Notes: generated by a model not told the origin, from the sequence alone. DNA of 64,000 nucleotides from an uncultured Eubacteriales bacterium (GCA_934597725.1 CAKTSK010000005.1:21111-85110); one strand, 5' to 3'; shown: positions 1 through 9,814, counted from the stretch's first letter. Translations and numbers: made by a program.

Positions 1-1
1 G

Positions 2-490
<489 letters not shown>

Positions 491-548
491 CCCACCCTCC
501 CGGCAGGCCCCCTGCCGGACCGACACCACATAGAAAGGACCCTGACCC

Positions 549-1721
549 ATGGACATCAGCGCAGAATCTCTGGCTCTGCACGCCAAACTCAAGGGAAAGC
601 TGGAGGTGGTCTCCCGCTGCCCCATTCAGACCCAGCAGGACCTCTCCCTGGCCTACACCCCCGGGGTGGCCGCCCCCTGTCTGGCCATCCAGCAGGACCC
701 CGCCCGATCCTTCCAGCTCACCCGCCGCCAGAATCTGGTGGCCGTCATCACCGACGGCTCTGCGGTGCTGGGCCTGGGCGACATCGGCCCCCTGGCGGGG
801 ATGCCCGTCATGGAGGGCAAGTGCGTCCTGTTCAAGGAGTTTGCCGGAGTAGACGCCTTCCCCCTCTGCGTGGACACCCAGGACGTGGACGAACTGGTGA
901 CCACCATCGCCCACATCGCCCAAAGCTTCGGCGGCATCAACTTAGAGGACATCGCCGCGCCCCGGTGCTTTGAGGTAGAGCGGCGGCTGAAGGAGGTCTG
1001 TGACATCCCCGTCTTTCACGACGACCAGCACGGCACCGCCGTGGTCATCACCGCCGCCCTCACCAACGCCCTGAAGGTGGTGGGCAAACGGAAAGAGGAC
1101 GTGCGGGTCGTCCTCAACGGCATCGGCGCGGCCGGCGGGGCGGCGGCCAAGATGCTGCTGGACCTGGGCTATACCCACCTGACCCTGTGCGACAAGGACG
1201 GCATCCTCCGCCCCGGCGTGCCCGGTCAGCCCGTCCACCACGAAGAGCTGGCCCGGCGGACCAACCCCGCCGGCCGCACCGGCGCCCTGGCCGAGGCCCT
1301 GGTGGGGGCCGATGTGTTCATCGGCGTCTCCCGGCCCGGTCTGGTCACCGGCGCCATGGTGGAGACCATGGCCCAGGACCCCATCCTGCTGGCCATGGCC
1401 AACCCGGTGCCGGAGATCCTCCCCGACGAGGCCCTGGCCCACGGGGCGGCGGTGGTGGGCACCGGCCGGTCGGACTTCCCCAACCAGATCAACAACGTCC
1501 TGGTCTTCCCCGGCCTGTTCAAGGGGGCCTTGTCCTGCGGCGCGGTGCAGATCACCGAGGGCATGAAGCACGCCGCCGCCCGGGCCCTGGCCGGCCTGAT
1601 CGGGCCGGACCAGCTCAGCCCCACCTGCATCCTCCCCTCCCCCCTGGACCGCCGCGCCGCCCAGGCCGTGGCCGACGCGGTGGCCGACGAGGCCCGGCGG
1701 ACGGGACACGCCCGGTTCTGA
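549..1721 (+). CDS. NAD(P)-dependent malic enzyme (small form)
   Basis: 390 aa; malic-enzyme N-terminal and NAD-binding motifs (AYTPGVA, GLGDIGP, NGIGAAG); RBS AAAGGA upstream. Confidence 0.9.
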   Translation: MDISAESLALHAKLKGKLEVVSRCPIQTQQDLSLAYTPGVAAPCLAIQQDPARSFQLTRRQNLVAVITDGSAVLGLGDIGPLAGMPVMEGKCVLFKEFAGVDAFPLCVDTQDVDELVTTIAHIAQSFGGINLEDIAAPRCFEVERRLKEVCDIPVFHDDQHGTAVVITAALTNALKVVGKRKEDVRVVLNGIGAAGGAAAKMLLDLGYTHLTLCDKDGILRPGVPGQPVHHEELARRTNPAGRTGALAEALVGADVFIGVSRPGLVTGAMVETMAQDPILLAMANPVPEILPDEALAHGAAVVGTGRSDFPNQINNVLVFPGLFKGALSCGAVQITEGMKHAAARALAGLIGPDQLSPTCILPSPLDRRAAQAVADAVADEARRTGHARF

Positions 1722-1846
1722 GACGCGCCCGCCTCTCCGTTTTGCCCAAAAGCCTCCCTTTTGTTCCCTTGACGGGTTGTTATTTTTGTTGTATAGTAGT
1801 GACACTACCCCGTTCCCATACGGAAGGATGAAAGGAGGCAATTCCT

Positions 1847-3079
1847 TTGCCACCCAAGGTCATCGGCCCGCGCCGGGCCATCGCCATCGAACTGCTGCTG
1901 TTCCTGGCCTATTGCTTTTTCAGCGCCTCCTGGATGGTGGGGTCCATCATCACCCCTGACATGGCCCAGGAGTTTGGGGTCTATACCGTCCCCTCCTCGG
2001 TGAACAACGCCATCTCTGCCGCCAAGATCCTGGGCAACTTTGTCGCCGCCTGGATCTTGCTGAAGCTGGGGCCCAAGCACACCGTCTCCCTGTCCTGCCT
2101 GCTCATCTGCGCGGTGATCGTGGGCGCGTTTTCCACCACCTTCCCCATGTTCATCCTCACCCGCTTCCTGCTGGGCTTCGGCGGGGCGGTGCTGATGATC
2201 TGCATGACCCCCTATGTGGTCTACTGCTTTGACAAGCGCCAGCAGCCCATCTTCATCGGCCTGAACAACGCCGGCCCCAACACCGGCAACCTCATCGCCC
2301 TGCTCAGCGTCTCGGCCGTGCGGGGCTGGCTGGGGTCCTGGCGGAGCGTCATTCTCTTCTACGGCCTGTTCAGCCTAGTCTTTCTGCTGCTGTGGCTGGT
2401 GCTGGGCAGAAGCTATCCCATCACCGCCGCCCCCCAGCAGAGCGAAGCCGCCGCCCCGGCGGTCTACCGCTACCGGGACGGCCTGCGGGAGCCCTTCCTG
2501 TACCAGTTCCTGTTCACCATGACCGGGCGGCTGGTGATGTACACGGTCATGCTCTACCTCTTCCCCCTGCACCCCAGCTTCACCGTAGACGCCCAGTTCA
2601 TCTCCCTGATGATCGCCCTGACGGGCATCCCGGGGACGCTCATCGGCATCGTGCTGGCCAAAAAGCTCAAGCGACAGCTCTCCCTGTTCCGCTTCTCGGG
2701 CGTGGCCCAGTCCCTGCTCTTTTTCATCATGCTGCTCACCAGCTCGGCCACCCTGGCCACGGTCTGCGCCATCCTGCTGGGGTTTGTGATCTTCATCTCC
2801 ACCCCCTCCCTGTTCACCCTGCCGGCCCGGCTGCCCGGGGCCACCCCGCAGAAGGTGGCTGTGATCCTCACCCTCTACTGGACGGGAGCTTATCTGCTGC
2901 AAATGGCCATCTACTCCATAGTGGTCCACTTGGCCAACACCGTCAGCTGGCATGTGGCCATGATCTTCACCGCCGTCTATTCCCTGACCTTCCTGGTGGG
3001 AACCTTCCTCCTGCCGGACTTCGACCGGCCTGCCCCCGCCCCCACGGCCGAGGACCAGAACGCCCCGCCCGATCCCTGA
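1847..3079 (+). CDS. MFS transporter
   Basis: 410 aa, ~12 predicted TM segments; TTG start after AAAGGAGG; promoter TTGACG-17-TATAGT at ~1775-1803. Confidence 0.7.
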   Translation: MPPKVIGPRRAIAIELLLFLAYCFFSASWMVGSIITPDMAQEFGVYTVPSSVNNAISAAKILGNFVAAWILLKLGPKHTVSLSCLLICAVIVGAFSTTFPMFILTRFLLGFGGAVLMICMTPYVVYCFDKRQQPIFIGLNNAGPNTGNLIALLSVSAVRGWLGSWRSVILFYGLFSLVFLLLWLVLGRSYPITAAPQQSEAAAPAVYRYRDGLREPFLYQFLFTMTGRLVMYTVMLYLFPLHPSFTVDAQFISLMIALTGIPGTLIGIVLAKKLKRQLSLFRFSGVAQSLLFFIMLLTSSATLATVCAILLGFVIFISTPSLFTLPARLPGATPQKVAVILTLYWTGAYLLQMAIYSIVVHLANTVSWHVAMIFTAVYSLTFLVGTFLLPDFDRPAPAPTAEDQNAPPDP

Positions 3080-3089
3080 CAAACAACAA

Positions 3090-3135
3090 CACCGTTCCCC
3101 GCCTGACAGTCAGGTGGGGAACGGTGTTTCTGTTT
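3090..3135 (+). terminator. Intrinsic terminator between convergent MFS and SIR2-like genes
   Basis: CACCGTTCCCC...GGGGAACGGTG stem followed by TTTCTGTTT. Confidence 0.5.
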
Positions 3136-3142
3136 GATCTGT

Positions 3143-4081
3143 TCAGGGGGCGGTCTCCTCCTGGCGCAGCCGCCGGGCCAGGTCCTTCACGGCCAGCTCG
3201 TAGAAGCGCCGGTAGTCCTCGCCCTGGGGGTCCCGGAAGCCCAGGCTGACGCACCGGGCCTGATAGGCCTCCAGCAGGGCCTGCTTGGTCTCGGCAGACT
3301 GGCGCGCCGGCTCATAGAACCACAGCCCCCCATGGGGGGCCCGCTCCCGCTTCTTCCGGCACAGCAGCCACCACAGGTCCATTTCCGAGGTGTCGAAGCC
3401 AAAGCCCAGGGTATACACATCGCCCAGAATGAAGTAGTCCAGCCAGCTCAGGGCCTCCATCCCCTGGCTGCCCGGCCAGAGGGGATAGCGCTGGGCCGGG
3501 GCCCGGTGGGTGAGGTATTCGTCGCAGCAGAAGAGCAGGTTGCCGTAGTAATAATGGCCCAGGATCACCGTGTTGGGGACCCGGGCCTCCCCGTGGATGT
3601 GGAACAGGGGCAGGCTCCGGTCTCCGGCCGGCAGGTCGTAATAGGTGTGCAGCATGAAGCCGTTCTCCGGCCGGGGGACCGCCCGGGTGTGACGGAGATA
3701 GCGCTGGGGATTATCCAGAAAGTCCGGGCACAGGGCGTGCTCCACTTCATAGGTAAAGTTGGGCGTGAGGACGCAGTCAAAGGGCAGGGCCAGCAGCCGC
3801 TGGATCTGCTCCGACAGCCAGGGATGGACCTGGCACTGGGTCAGCTCCCGCTGAAGCTCTTGCAGGGACACGTCCACATGGTCCTTGCTCAGCAGCACCG
3901 CCTGCATGGGAAAGGGCAGGGACTTGACCTGCTCGGCGGTGAAGGACGTGCGGTTGATCTTTTCCAGCAGCCCTGCCCAGGAGGCGCCCCCGTAGACCCG
4001 GTTGAGGCCGTTGCCCAGCAGCAGGACCTTGGGCCGCCGGTGCGGGACGATGGACAGGGGGGTGGTATGATATGCTTGCAT
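3143..4081 (-). CDS. SIR2_2-family (SIR2-like NADase/ADP-ribosyltransferase fold) stand-alone protein
   Basis: 312 aa with SIR2_2 hallmarks: LLLGNGLNRVYGGASWAGLL (GAGxS-like), LTPNFTYEVEH (TTNYD-like), HIHGEARVPNTVILGHYYY (HGS...ivLT..dY), ILGDVYTLGFGFDTSEMDLWWLL (fiGySl.D-like); no CxxC Zn ribbon; RBS GGAGGGAGG. Confidence 0.65.
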   Translation of the reverse strand: MQAYHTTPLSIVPHRRPKVLLLGNGLNRVYGGASWAGLLEKINRTSFTAEQVKSLPFPMQAVLLSKDHVDVSLQELQRELTQCQVHPWLSEQIQRLLALPFDCVLTPNFTYEVEHALCPDFLDNPQRYLRHTRAVPRPENGFMLHTYYDLPAGDRSLPLFHIHGEARVPNTVILGHYYYGNLLFCCDEYLTHRAPAQRYPLWPGSQGMEALSWLDYFILGDVYTLGFGFDTSEMDLWWLLCRKKRERAPHGGLWFYEPARQSAETKQALLEAYQARCVSLGFRDPQGEDYRRFYELAVKDLARRLRQEETAP

Positions 4082-4148
4082 GGGGTTCCTCCCTCCGGGT
4101 GGGTATGTGGGTATTATGCGCCCATGGGAGGGGGGATGTCAAGGGCCG

Positions 4149-4904
4149 TCAGGCCCAGTGGAGAATGGCGTCCCGCAGAAACCGGGCGCAGCCGGAGACG
4201 TGCCGGTCATAATAGGCGAGAAATCCCTCGTCGTCCGTATAATGGCGGGCCAGCTCCTTGTGTTTGGCCGGGTCATAGGCCCCGCCGCCCATGGTCAGCC
4301 ACTGGCGGTGGCCGGCGGTGACGGCCCGGCCCTGCTCCCCTTCCGGCAAGGCCCCCGCCTGAACGGCGGTCTCCAGCTGCCGGCGGAGTTTTTCGCCCAG
4401 GTCCGTCCAGGCCCGGTACTGTTCCGGGGTCAGATCGGCCACGGCAGACCGGGCCTGTTCGGCGGCTGCCGGGCCGTAACGCCGGCAAAAGTCCTCTCCA
4501 TAGGTCTCCTCCTGCCAGGCGGCGACCCGTTCCTTGAAGGCGGCAAATTTCTGTTCATCCAGCATGGTATCCTTCCTTTCTTCGTGCCGTATGGTCTCCC
4601 GCACCGACCGGATCAGCGCCGCCAGGGCCAGCTGCCGGGCTTCCAGGTCTGCCAGGTGGCTGCGCAGAGCGGTCAGGCGGTGAAAGGCGGGGTCGTCCAG
4701 ACAGGCCTTGATCCGGTCCAGGGAAAACCCCAGCGCGCGGTGGTACAGGATGTCTTGCAGCCGGTCCACTTCGGCTGGGCCGTAGTAGCGGTAGCCGCTG
4801 TCTGCCACCCGGCTGGGCTTGAGCAGGCCGATCTGATCGTACCAGCGCAGAGTGCGCGGGGTCACGCCCGCCAGACGGGCCAGTTCTTGGATGGTGTATT
4901 CCAT
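4149..4904 (-). CDS. MerR-family transcriptional regulator with TipAS-like C-terminal ligand-binding domain
   Basis: N-terminal MerR HTH (YTIQELARLAGVTPRTLRWYDQIGLL), coiled-coil linker, ~140-aa TipAS-type C-terminal domain; RBS AAGGAGG. Confidence 0.85.
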   Translation of the reverse strand: MEYTIQELARLAGVTPRTLRWYDQIGLLKPSRVADSGYRYYGPAEVDRLQDILYHRALGFSLDRIKACLDDPAFHRLTALRSHLADLEARQLALAALIRSVRETIRHEERKDTMLDEQKFAAFKERVAAWQEETYGEDFCRRYGPAAAEQARSAVADLTPEQYRAWTDLGEKLRRQLETAVQAGALPEGEQGRAVTAGHRQWLTMGGGAYDPAKHKELARHYTDDEGFLAYYDRHVSGCARFLRDAILHWA

Positions 4905-4927
4905 GGTCGATCCCCTCCTTGGTGTTC

Positions 4928-4958
4928 AGGATATCCCTTGCCGCTGCGTCAAAGTCAA
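4928..4958 (-). promoter_or_regulatory. MerR-type promoter with 19-bp spacer driving merR-SIR2 operon
   Basis: Minus strand reads TTGACT-[19 nt]-TATCCT; inverted repeat CCCTTG...CAAGGG (4935-4961) spans it; ~24 nt upstream of the merR ATG. Confidence 0.5.
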
Positions 4959-5066
4959 GGGGGAAACAGAACTTTTTTCTCTGTTTCGCAAATTTTTTCG
5001 GCTGCAGGCAGAAACAGGACACCCTGTTGTCGCCTTTCTGTGGTATGCTGTCTCTGAGGTGATCCT

Positions 5067-5126
5067 ATGAACCCCTGTTCTGCTCGTTTCCCCGCCGCCC
5101 GGACGGCCCTGGAGGTGCGCCCATGA
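5067..5126 (+). CDS. Candidate 19-aa upstream ORF translationally coupled (ATGA) to the WYL regulator gene
   Basis: MNPCSARFPAARTALEVRP*; RBS GAGGTGA 4 nt upstream; stop overlaps WYL start codon. Confidence 0.25.
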   Translation: MNPCSARFPAARTALEVRP

Positions 5127-6034
5127 AACTGGACCGACTCATTGGCATCCTCTCCCTTCTGCTCCAGCGGGAAACCGTCACCACCACGGCCCTGGCCGAA
5201 CGGTTTGAGGTCTCCCGCCGGACCATTCAGCGGGACATCGACACCCTCTGCCGGGCGGGGGTCCCCCTGACCACCACCCGGGGGACCGGGGGCGGCATCG
5301 CCATTGTGGACGGGTATCGCATCGACCGCACCCTCCTCACCGCCCCGGAGCTGCAGGCCATCCTGGCCGGGCTGCGGAGCCTGGACAGCGTCAGCAGCAC
5401 CCGCCGCTATGCCCAGCTCATGGACAAGCTCTCCGCCGGGACCAGCCAGCTGCTGCCCGGCGGCCCGATCCTCATCGACCTCTCGTCCTGGTACAAGACC
5501 AGTCTGCCGCCCAAGATCGAGTGCATCCGGGCCGCGCTGGAGACCCACCGCACCCTTTCCTTCACCTACTTTTCCCCCAAAGACACCAGCCAGCGCACGG
5601 TGGAGCCTTGCCACCTGGTCTTTCATTGGTCCTCCTGGTATCTCTGGGCCTGGTGCCGGACCCGGGAGGACTACCGGCTGTTCAAGCTCACCCGCATAAC
5701 GGAGCTGGCCGCCGGCGCGCCCTGCGCCCCCCGGACCGCACCGCTGCCCGACCTGGACCCGGACCGACTCTTCCCCGCCGTTCTCCAGGCGGAGATCCTC
5801 TTTGCCCCGGCCTGCCAGTGGCGGCTGGTGGAGGAATACGGGGCGGACAGCTTCACCGTCCGGCCCGATGGCAGACTGCACTTTGTCCGGGGCTTTCCCG
5901 ACGAGGAAAGTCTGCTCCACTGGCTGCTGACCTTTGGCGACCAGGCCGAGCTGCTGGCCCCGGCCCCGCTGCGGACCAAGCTGGTCCAGCTGGCCCAGCG
6001 GCTGCTCCAGCGTTACCGCGCTCCCACACCATGA
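5123..6034 (+). CDS. WYL-domain transcriptional regulator (HTH-WYL-WCX, YafY/BrxR/CapW-like architecture)
   Basis: N-terminal DeoR-type HTH (TTALAERFEVSRRTIQRDIDTL), central WYL region, C-terminal WCX-like extension; 303 aa. Confidence 0.8.
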   Translation: MKLDRLIGILSLLLQRETVTTTALAERFEVSRRTIQRDIDTLCRAGVPLTTTRGTGGGIAIVDGYRIDRTLLTAPELQAILAGLRSLDSVSSTRRYAQLMDKLSAGTSQLLPGGPILIDLSSWYKTSLPPKIECIRAALETHRTLSFTYFSPKDTSQRTVEPCHLVFHWSSWYLWAWCRTREDYRLFKLTRITELAAGAPCAPRTAPLPDLDPDRLFPAVLQAEILFAPACQWRLVEEYGADSFTVRPDGRLHFVRGFPDEESLLHWLLTFGDQAELLAPAPLRTKLVQLAQRLLQRYRAPTP

Positions 6035-6049
6035 AAGGAAGAACCCACC

Positions 6050-6367
6050 ATGTCCTCTGATCCCACTCTGGTCTCCTATGTGACCGAACAACTGGCCCCG
6101 GCGGGTCAGATCCGCGCGAAGAAGATGTTCGGGGACTACGGTCTCTATTGCGATGACCTCTTTTTCGCGGTGTTCTGCGACAACCAGCTCTTTCTCAAGG
6201 CCACGCCCCAAGGGGAGGCCGCCTTTCCTCACCTGCCCAAAGCGCCGCCCTACCCCGGCGCAAAAGATTCCCTCCTGGTGGAGGATCTGGATGACCGGGA
6301 GCAGCTGTGTGCCCTGGCCCGGCTCACCTGTCAGACCCTGGCAGACCGCCGGAAACGGAGGAAATGA
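6050..6367 (+). CDS. TfoX N-terminal domain protein
   Basis: 105 aa; TfoX_N-like (KKMFGDYGLYCDDLFFAVFCDNQLFLK). Confidence 0.65.
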   Translation: MSSDPTLVSYVTEQLAPAGQIRAKKMFGDYGLYCDDLFFAVFCDNQLFLKATPQGEAAFPHLPKAPPYPGAKDSLLVEDLDDREQLCALARLTCQTLADRRKRRK

Positions 6368-6370
6368 CCC

Positions 6371-6991
6371 ATGGCCTTTGACTTCAAAACCGCCTGCCCT
6401 GCCCTGTACCGGCCCGGCCGCACACCGGAGCTGCTCGCCGTGCCGCCGCTGCGGTTCCTCTCCGTCCAAGGGGAAGGAGACCCAAACCAGCCCGACGGAG
6501 CCTATCAAAAAGCCCTGGCACAGCTTTACACCGTGGCCTATACCCTGAAACACAGCCGCCCAGAGCAGACGCCAGGATATTTTGACTTCGTGGTGCCGCC
6601 GCTGGAAAGCCTGTGGCGGCAGGACGGCGCACCGGACCCCCAGCGCAAGCAGGATTTTTGCTGGCAGGCCCTGCTGCGCCTGCCGGACTTTGTGACGGAG
6701 CAAGTCTTTGCCCGGGCCATCGACACCGCCGCCCGCAAGAAAGGCAAAGACGTGTCGGCAGTCACCCTGTTCTCCTGGGAGGAGGGGCTTTGTGTGCAGG
6801 CGCTGCATCTGGGGCCTTATGAACAGGAAGCAGAGACCTGCCGTCAGATGGTGTCCTATGCCCAGGAAAAGGGCTATGCGCCGGACCTTTCTCCCACACG
6901 CCGCCACCACGAAATTTATCTCAGCGACCCCCGGCGCTGCCTGCCCCACCGCCGGAAAACGATCCTCCGCCTGCCCGTCCGGCCTCTTTGA
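6371..6991 (+). CDS. GyrI-like small-molecule-binding domain protein
   Basis: 206 aa; GyrI-like fold motifs (ALHLGPYEQEAETCRQMVSYAQEKGY...HHEIYLSDP). Confidence 0.65.
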   Translation: MAFDFKTACPALYRPGRTPELLAVPPLRFLSVQGEGDPNQPDGAYQKALAQLYTVAYTLKHSRPEQTPGYFDFVVPPLESLWRQDGAPDPQRKQDFCWQALLRLPDFVTEQVFARAIDTAARKKGKDVSAVTLFSWEEGLCVQALHLGPYEQEAETCRQMVSYAQEKGYAPDLSPTRRHHEIYLSDPRRCLPHRRKTILRLPVRPL

Positions 6992-7042
6992 CAAACGCAG
7001 ATGCCGCAGCAGAGCACCATAGCAACCCAAGGAAGTGATCCC

Positions 7043-7450
7043 ATGGCCCGTTCCGTTGTAACCTTATCCTTCTCCTGTTCGCCAGAAGCGCTGTGGCACG
7101 TTGTCACCGATCTCACCGACACCGCCTGGCGCAGCGATCTGGTCCGGGTGGACGTGCTCTCTCCCCGGACCTTTGTGGAGATCCCTGTCCGGGGACACCC
7201 GACCCGCTTCACCATCACCGACAGCCAGCCCGGCCGGCGCTGGGCCTTTCAGATGGAGAACGACGCCTTCTCCGGCCAGTGGACGGGCATCTTTTCCGCT
7301 GCGGCAGAGGGGTCCTGTTTGCAGATGACAGAGGTCGTCCAGGGCAAGCACTGGTGGATGCGTCCCCTGGTCCCCTGCTATCTGCGCCGCCAGCAGAGGC
7401 AGTATGCCCGCGACCTGACCCGGCGGGTGGCGCAGGTATCCCGCCGCTGA
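7043..7450 (+). CDS. SRPBCC (polyketide-cyclase/START-like) ligand-binding protein
   Basis: ~135 aa from MARSVV...; RBS AAGGAAGTGA; SRPBCC-like secondary-structure pattern. Confidence 0.55.
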   Translation: MARSVVTLSFSCSPEALWHVVTDLTDTAWRSDLVRVDVLSPRTFVEIPVRGHPTRFTITDSQPGRRWAFQMENDAFSGQWTGIFSAAAEGSCLQMTEVVQGKHWWMRPLVPCYLRRQQRQYARDLTRRVAQVSRR

Positions 7451-7467
7451 ACGCCGTTCTCCCCACG

Positions 7468-7515
7468 AAACGATCCCCCTGGTTCGCACGAGAGGCACGA
7501 ACCAGGGGGATCGTT
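7468..7515. terminator. 18-bp perfect inverted repeat between convergent genes
   Basis: AACGATCCCCCTGGTTCG-loop-CGAACCAGGGGGATCGTT; no strong U-tract. Confidence 0.4.
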
Positions 7516-7554
7516 ATGGGAGGCAGATCGTGCTGCCGTCGTTGCGGAACAGAC

Positions 7555-8583
7555 TCACCAGAGGCCCATCACATGCTGCAGGAGCAGGGAGACCGCCGTG
7601 ATGCTCACCCAGCAGGAGAGGCCCAGCAGGATGGGCTTGCCGCCGCTGCGGATCAGCTTCACCACGTTCGTGTTCAGGCCGATGGCCGCCATGGCCATGA
7701 CGATGAAGAACTTGGACAGATCCTTGAGGGGCAGGAAGATCTCGCCCGGCACCCCCGCCGCCGTCGCCACCGTGGTGATGACGCTGGCGCCGATGAAGAA
7801 CAGGATGAAGAAGGGGAACACCGACCGCAGGGACACGCCGCCCTGTTCCGTCTCGGCCTTTTTCGCCCGCCGCAGGGCCAGCACCAGGGTGATGGGGATG
7901 ATGGCCAGGGTCCGGGTGAGCTTCACCGTCACGGCCTTGTCCAGGGTCTGGCTGCCCAGGTGATACAGGCTGTCCCAGGTGGAGGCCGCCGCCGTGACCG
8001 AAGAGGTATCGTTGACGGCAGTGCCGGCGAAGATGCCGAAGGCTTCCCCGGAGGTGGTGGAGAAGCCGATGGCTCCGCCCAGCGCCGGGAAGAGCACGGC
8101 GGCCAGGATGTTGAACAGGAAGATGACGGAAATGGCCTGGGCCACCTCTTCCTCGTCCGCGTCGATGACCGGCGCAGTGGCGGCAATGGCGCTGCCGCCG
8201 CAGATGGAGGAACCCACTCCGATGAGGGTGGCGATGTTATCGGGCATTTTCAGCAGCCGGTGGAGCAGCCAGGCCACCACCAGAGAGGTGGCGATGGTGC
8301 AGACGATGATGGGCAGCGACTGCCGCCCGGTCTGCAGCACCATGGTCAGGTTCATGCCAAAGCCCAGCAGGACCACGGCGTATTGGAGGATCTTCTTGGA
8401 GGTAAAGCGGATGCCCGACTCCAGGCCGGACCAGCGCCGGATCACCGGGGCCAGGATCATGCCGATGGCAATGGCAAACACCGGGCCGCCCACCACCGGC
8501 AGCAGCCGGCCCAAGAAGGTGGCCGGCAGGGCCAGCAGGACGCACAGCAGCAGCCCTTTCCAGGTGGTCTTTACCTTGGTCAT
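7555..8583 (-). CDS. yeiH: YeiH/UPF0324 family putative sulfate exporter
   Basis: 342 aa polytopic membrane protein starting MTKVKTTW with RBS GGAAAGGGGG; divergent from a LysR gene as in the E. coli yeiE-yeiH pair. Confidence 0.8.
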   Translation of the reverse strand: MTKVKTTWKGLLLCVLLALPATFLGRLLPVVGGPVFAIAIGMILAPVIRRWSGLESGIRFTSKKILQYAVVLLGFGMNLTMVLQTGRQSLPIIVCTIATSLVVAWLLHRLLKMPDNIATLIGVGSSICGGSAIAATAPVIDADEEEVAQAISVIFLFNILAAVLFPALGGAIGFSTTSGEAFGIFAGTAVNDTSSVTAAASTWDSLYHLGSQTLDKAVTVKLTRTLAIIPITLVLALRRAKKAETEQGGVSLRSVFPFFILFFIGASVITTVATAAGVPGEIFLPLKDLSKFFIVMAMAAIGLNTNVVKLIRSGGKPILLGLSCWVSITAVSLLLQHVMGLW

Positions 8584-8716
8584 CCTCTGCGCCCCCTTTC
8601 CTGTCTGCGGCAGCCCTCCGCAGTCCGATGGGTGAAGCACGCCGTCGTTCTCGTCCGATGCGCCATCGTCTGTCCCTCCTTCTTCTGCCCCGGTCCGGGG
8701 CCAATCTCTTTTTTCT

Positions 8717-8729
8717 ATGGTTGTACCAT
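8717..8729. promoter_or_regulatory. LysR-type T-N11-A box
   Basis: ATGGTTGTACCAT perfect dyad in the yeiH-lysR divergent intergenic region; AT-rich promoter TTGTAA...TATAAT downstream. Confidence 0.4.
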
Positions 8730-8821
8730 ACCTCTTTTTCTCCATTTTGTAAAGTTATAATATTTGATAGATAGATAAAAATATGTTATGATGGCAACAA
8801 AATAAAAAGGAGGTCCTTGCG

Positions 8822-9697
8822 ATGCTGGACTTTCGCCTGGAGACCTTCCTGGCCGTCTGCCGGGAGATGAACTTTACCCGGGCCGCCGAGGCCCTGAACC
8901 TGACCCAGCCGGCGGTGTCCCAGCACATCCGGTATCTGGAGCAGCACTATGGCACGCCCCTGTTTTACCGGGAGCGCAAGCGCCTGACCCTCACCCCGGC
9001 CGGAGAGATCCTGCGGACCTGTCTGGCCTCCCTGCACAACGACAAGAACACCATCCGCAAACGGATGCAGGAGAGCATGGCCGCCAAGAAGGTCCTCACC
9101 TTCGGCGTGACCATGACGGTGGGAGAGTACGCCATCGTCCCGGCCCTGGCCCGGCTGATCAAGGCCCACCCGGACACGGACTTCCACATCCGCTACGGCA
9201 ACACCCAGACCCTGCTGGCCGCCCTGGAGGAGGGCAGCATCGACTTTGCCATCGTGGAGGGCTACTTTGACGCCAGCCGCTACCACACCCGCCTGTACCG
9301 CCGGGAGGATTACATCGCCGTGGCGGCGGCAGACCACCGGTTCCGGCAGCCGGTGCGCCGCCTGCGGGACCTGACCGGCGAACGGCTGCTGGTGCGGGAG
9401 CCCGGCTCCGGCACCCGGGCCATCCTGAGCCGGGCCCTGGCCCTGCAAAGCATGTCGCTGCTGGATTTTCACCATCTGGCCGAGATTGAAAACATCCACA
9501 CCATCGTCTCCCTGCTGCGCCGGGACTGCGGCATCGCCTTTCTCTACCGGGCCGCCGTGGCCCAGGAGCTGGCCGACGGGGTCCTGCGGCAGATCCCCCT
9601 GGAGGACTTTGCCGTGCAGCACGATTTCACCGGCATCTGGAACCAGGGCAGCATCTTCTCCCAGGAATACGAGGCCATTCTGGACGAGCTGCGCTGA
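8822..9697 (+). CDS. LysR-family transcriptional regulator (YeiE-like)
   Basis: 291 aa; N-terminal LysR HTH (NFTRAAEALNLTQPAVSQHIRYLE), C-terminal substrate-binding domain; RBS AAAAGGAGG. Confidence 0.85.
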   Translation: MLDFRLETFLAVCREMNFTRAAEALNLTQPAVSQHIRYLEQHYGTPLFYRERKRLTLTPAGEILRTCLASLHNDKNTIRKRMQESMAAKKVLTFGVTMTVGEYAIVPALARLIKAHPDTDFHIRYGNTQTLLAALEEGSIDFAIVEGYFDASRYHTRLYRREDYIAVAAADHRFRQPVRRLRDLTGERLLVREPGSGTRAILSRALALQSMSLLDFHHLAEIENIHTIVSLLRRDCGIAFLYRAAVAQELADGVLRQIPLEDFAVQHDFTGIWNQGSIFSQEYEAILDELR

Positions 9698-9814
9698 GGC
9701 GCACAAAAAGAGGAGGCTGGCCATGCAGGCCAGCCTCCGCCAGGGATGCGATCGTATGGATTGTGTCTTCCGTTTCTGGGACAGGAAGCTTGGTTTCAGC
9801 GCTGGGAGTGCGGG

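Noticed and set aside
3143-4081. Classical sirtuin (CobB-type NAD-dependent deacetylase) call for the SIR2-like protein
   Set aside because: It lacks the CxxC...CxxC zinc-ribbon and the GAGIS/GIPDFR sirtuin motifs; the motif pattern fits the SIR2_2 (defence/NADase-type) family instead.
4955-7030. 691-aa minus-strand ORF
   Set aside because: Antisense to the WYL, TfoX_N and GyrI-like genes; Gly/Pro/Arg/Ala-rich low-complexity translation typical of high-GC shadow frames; no RBS or domain signal.
7093-8760. 555-aa plus-strand ORF
   Set aside because: Antisense shadow of yeiH; low-complexity Gly/Asp/Arg/His-rich sequence.
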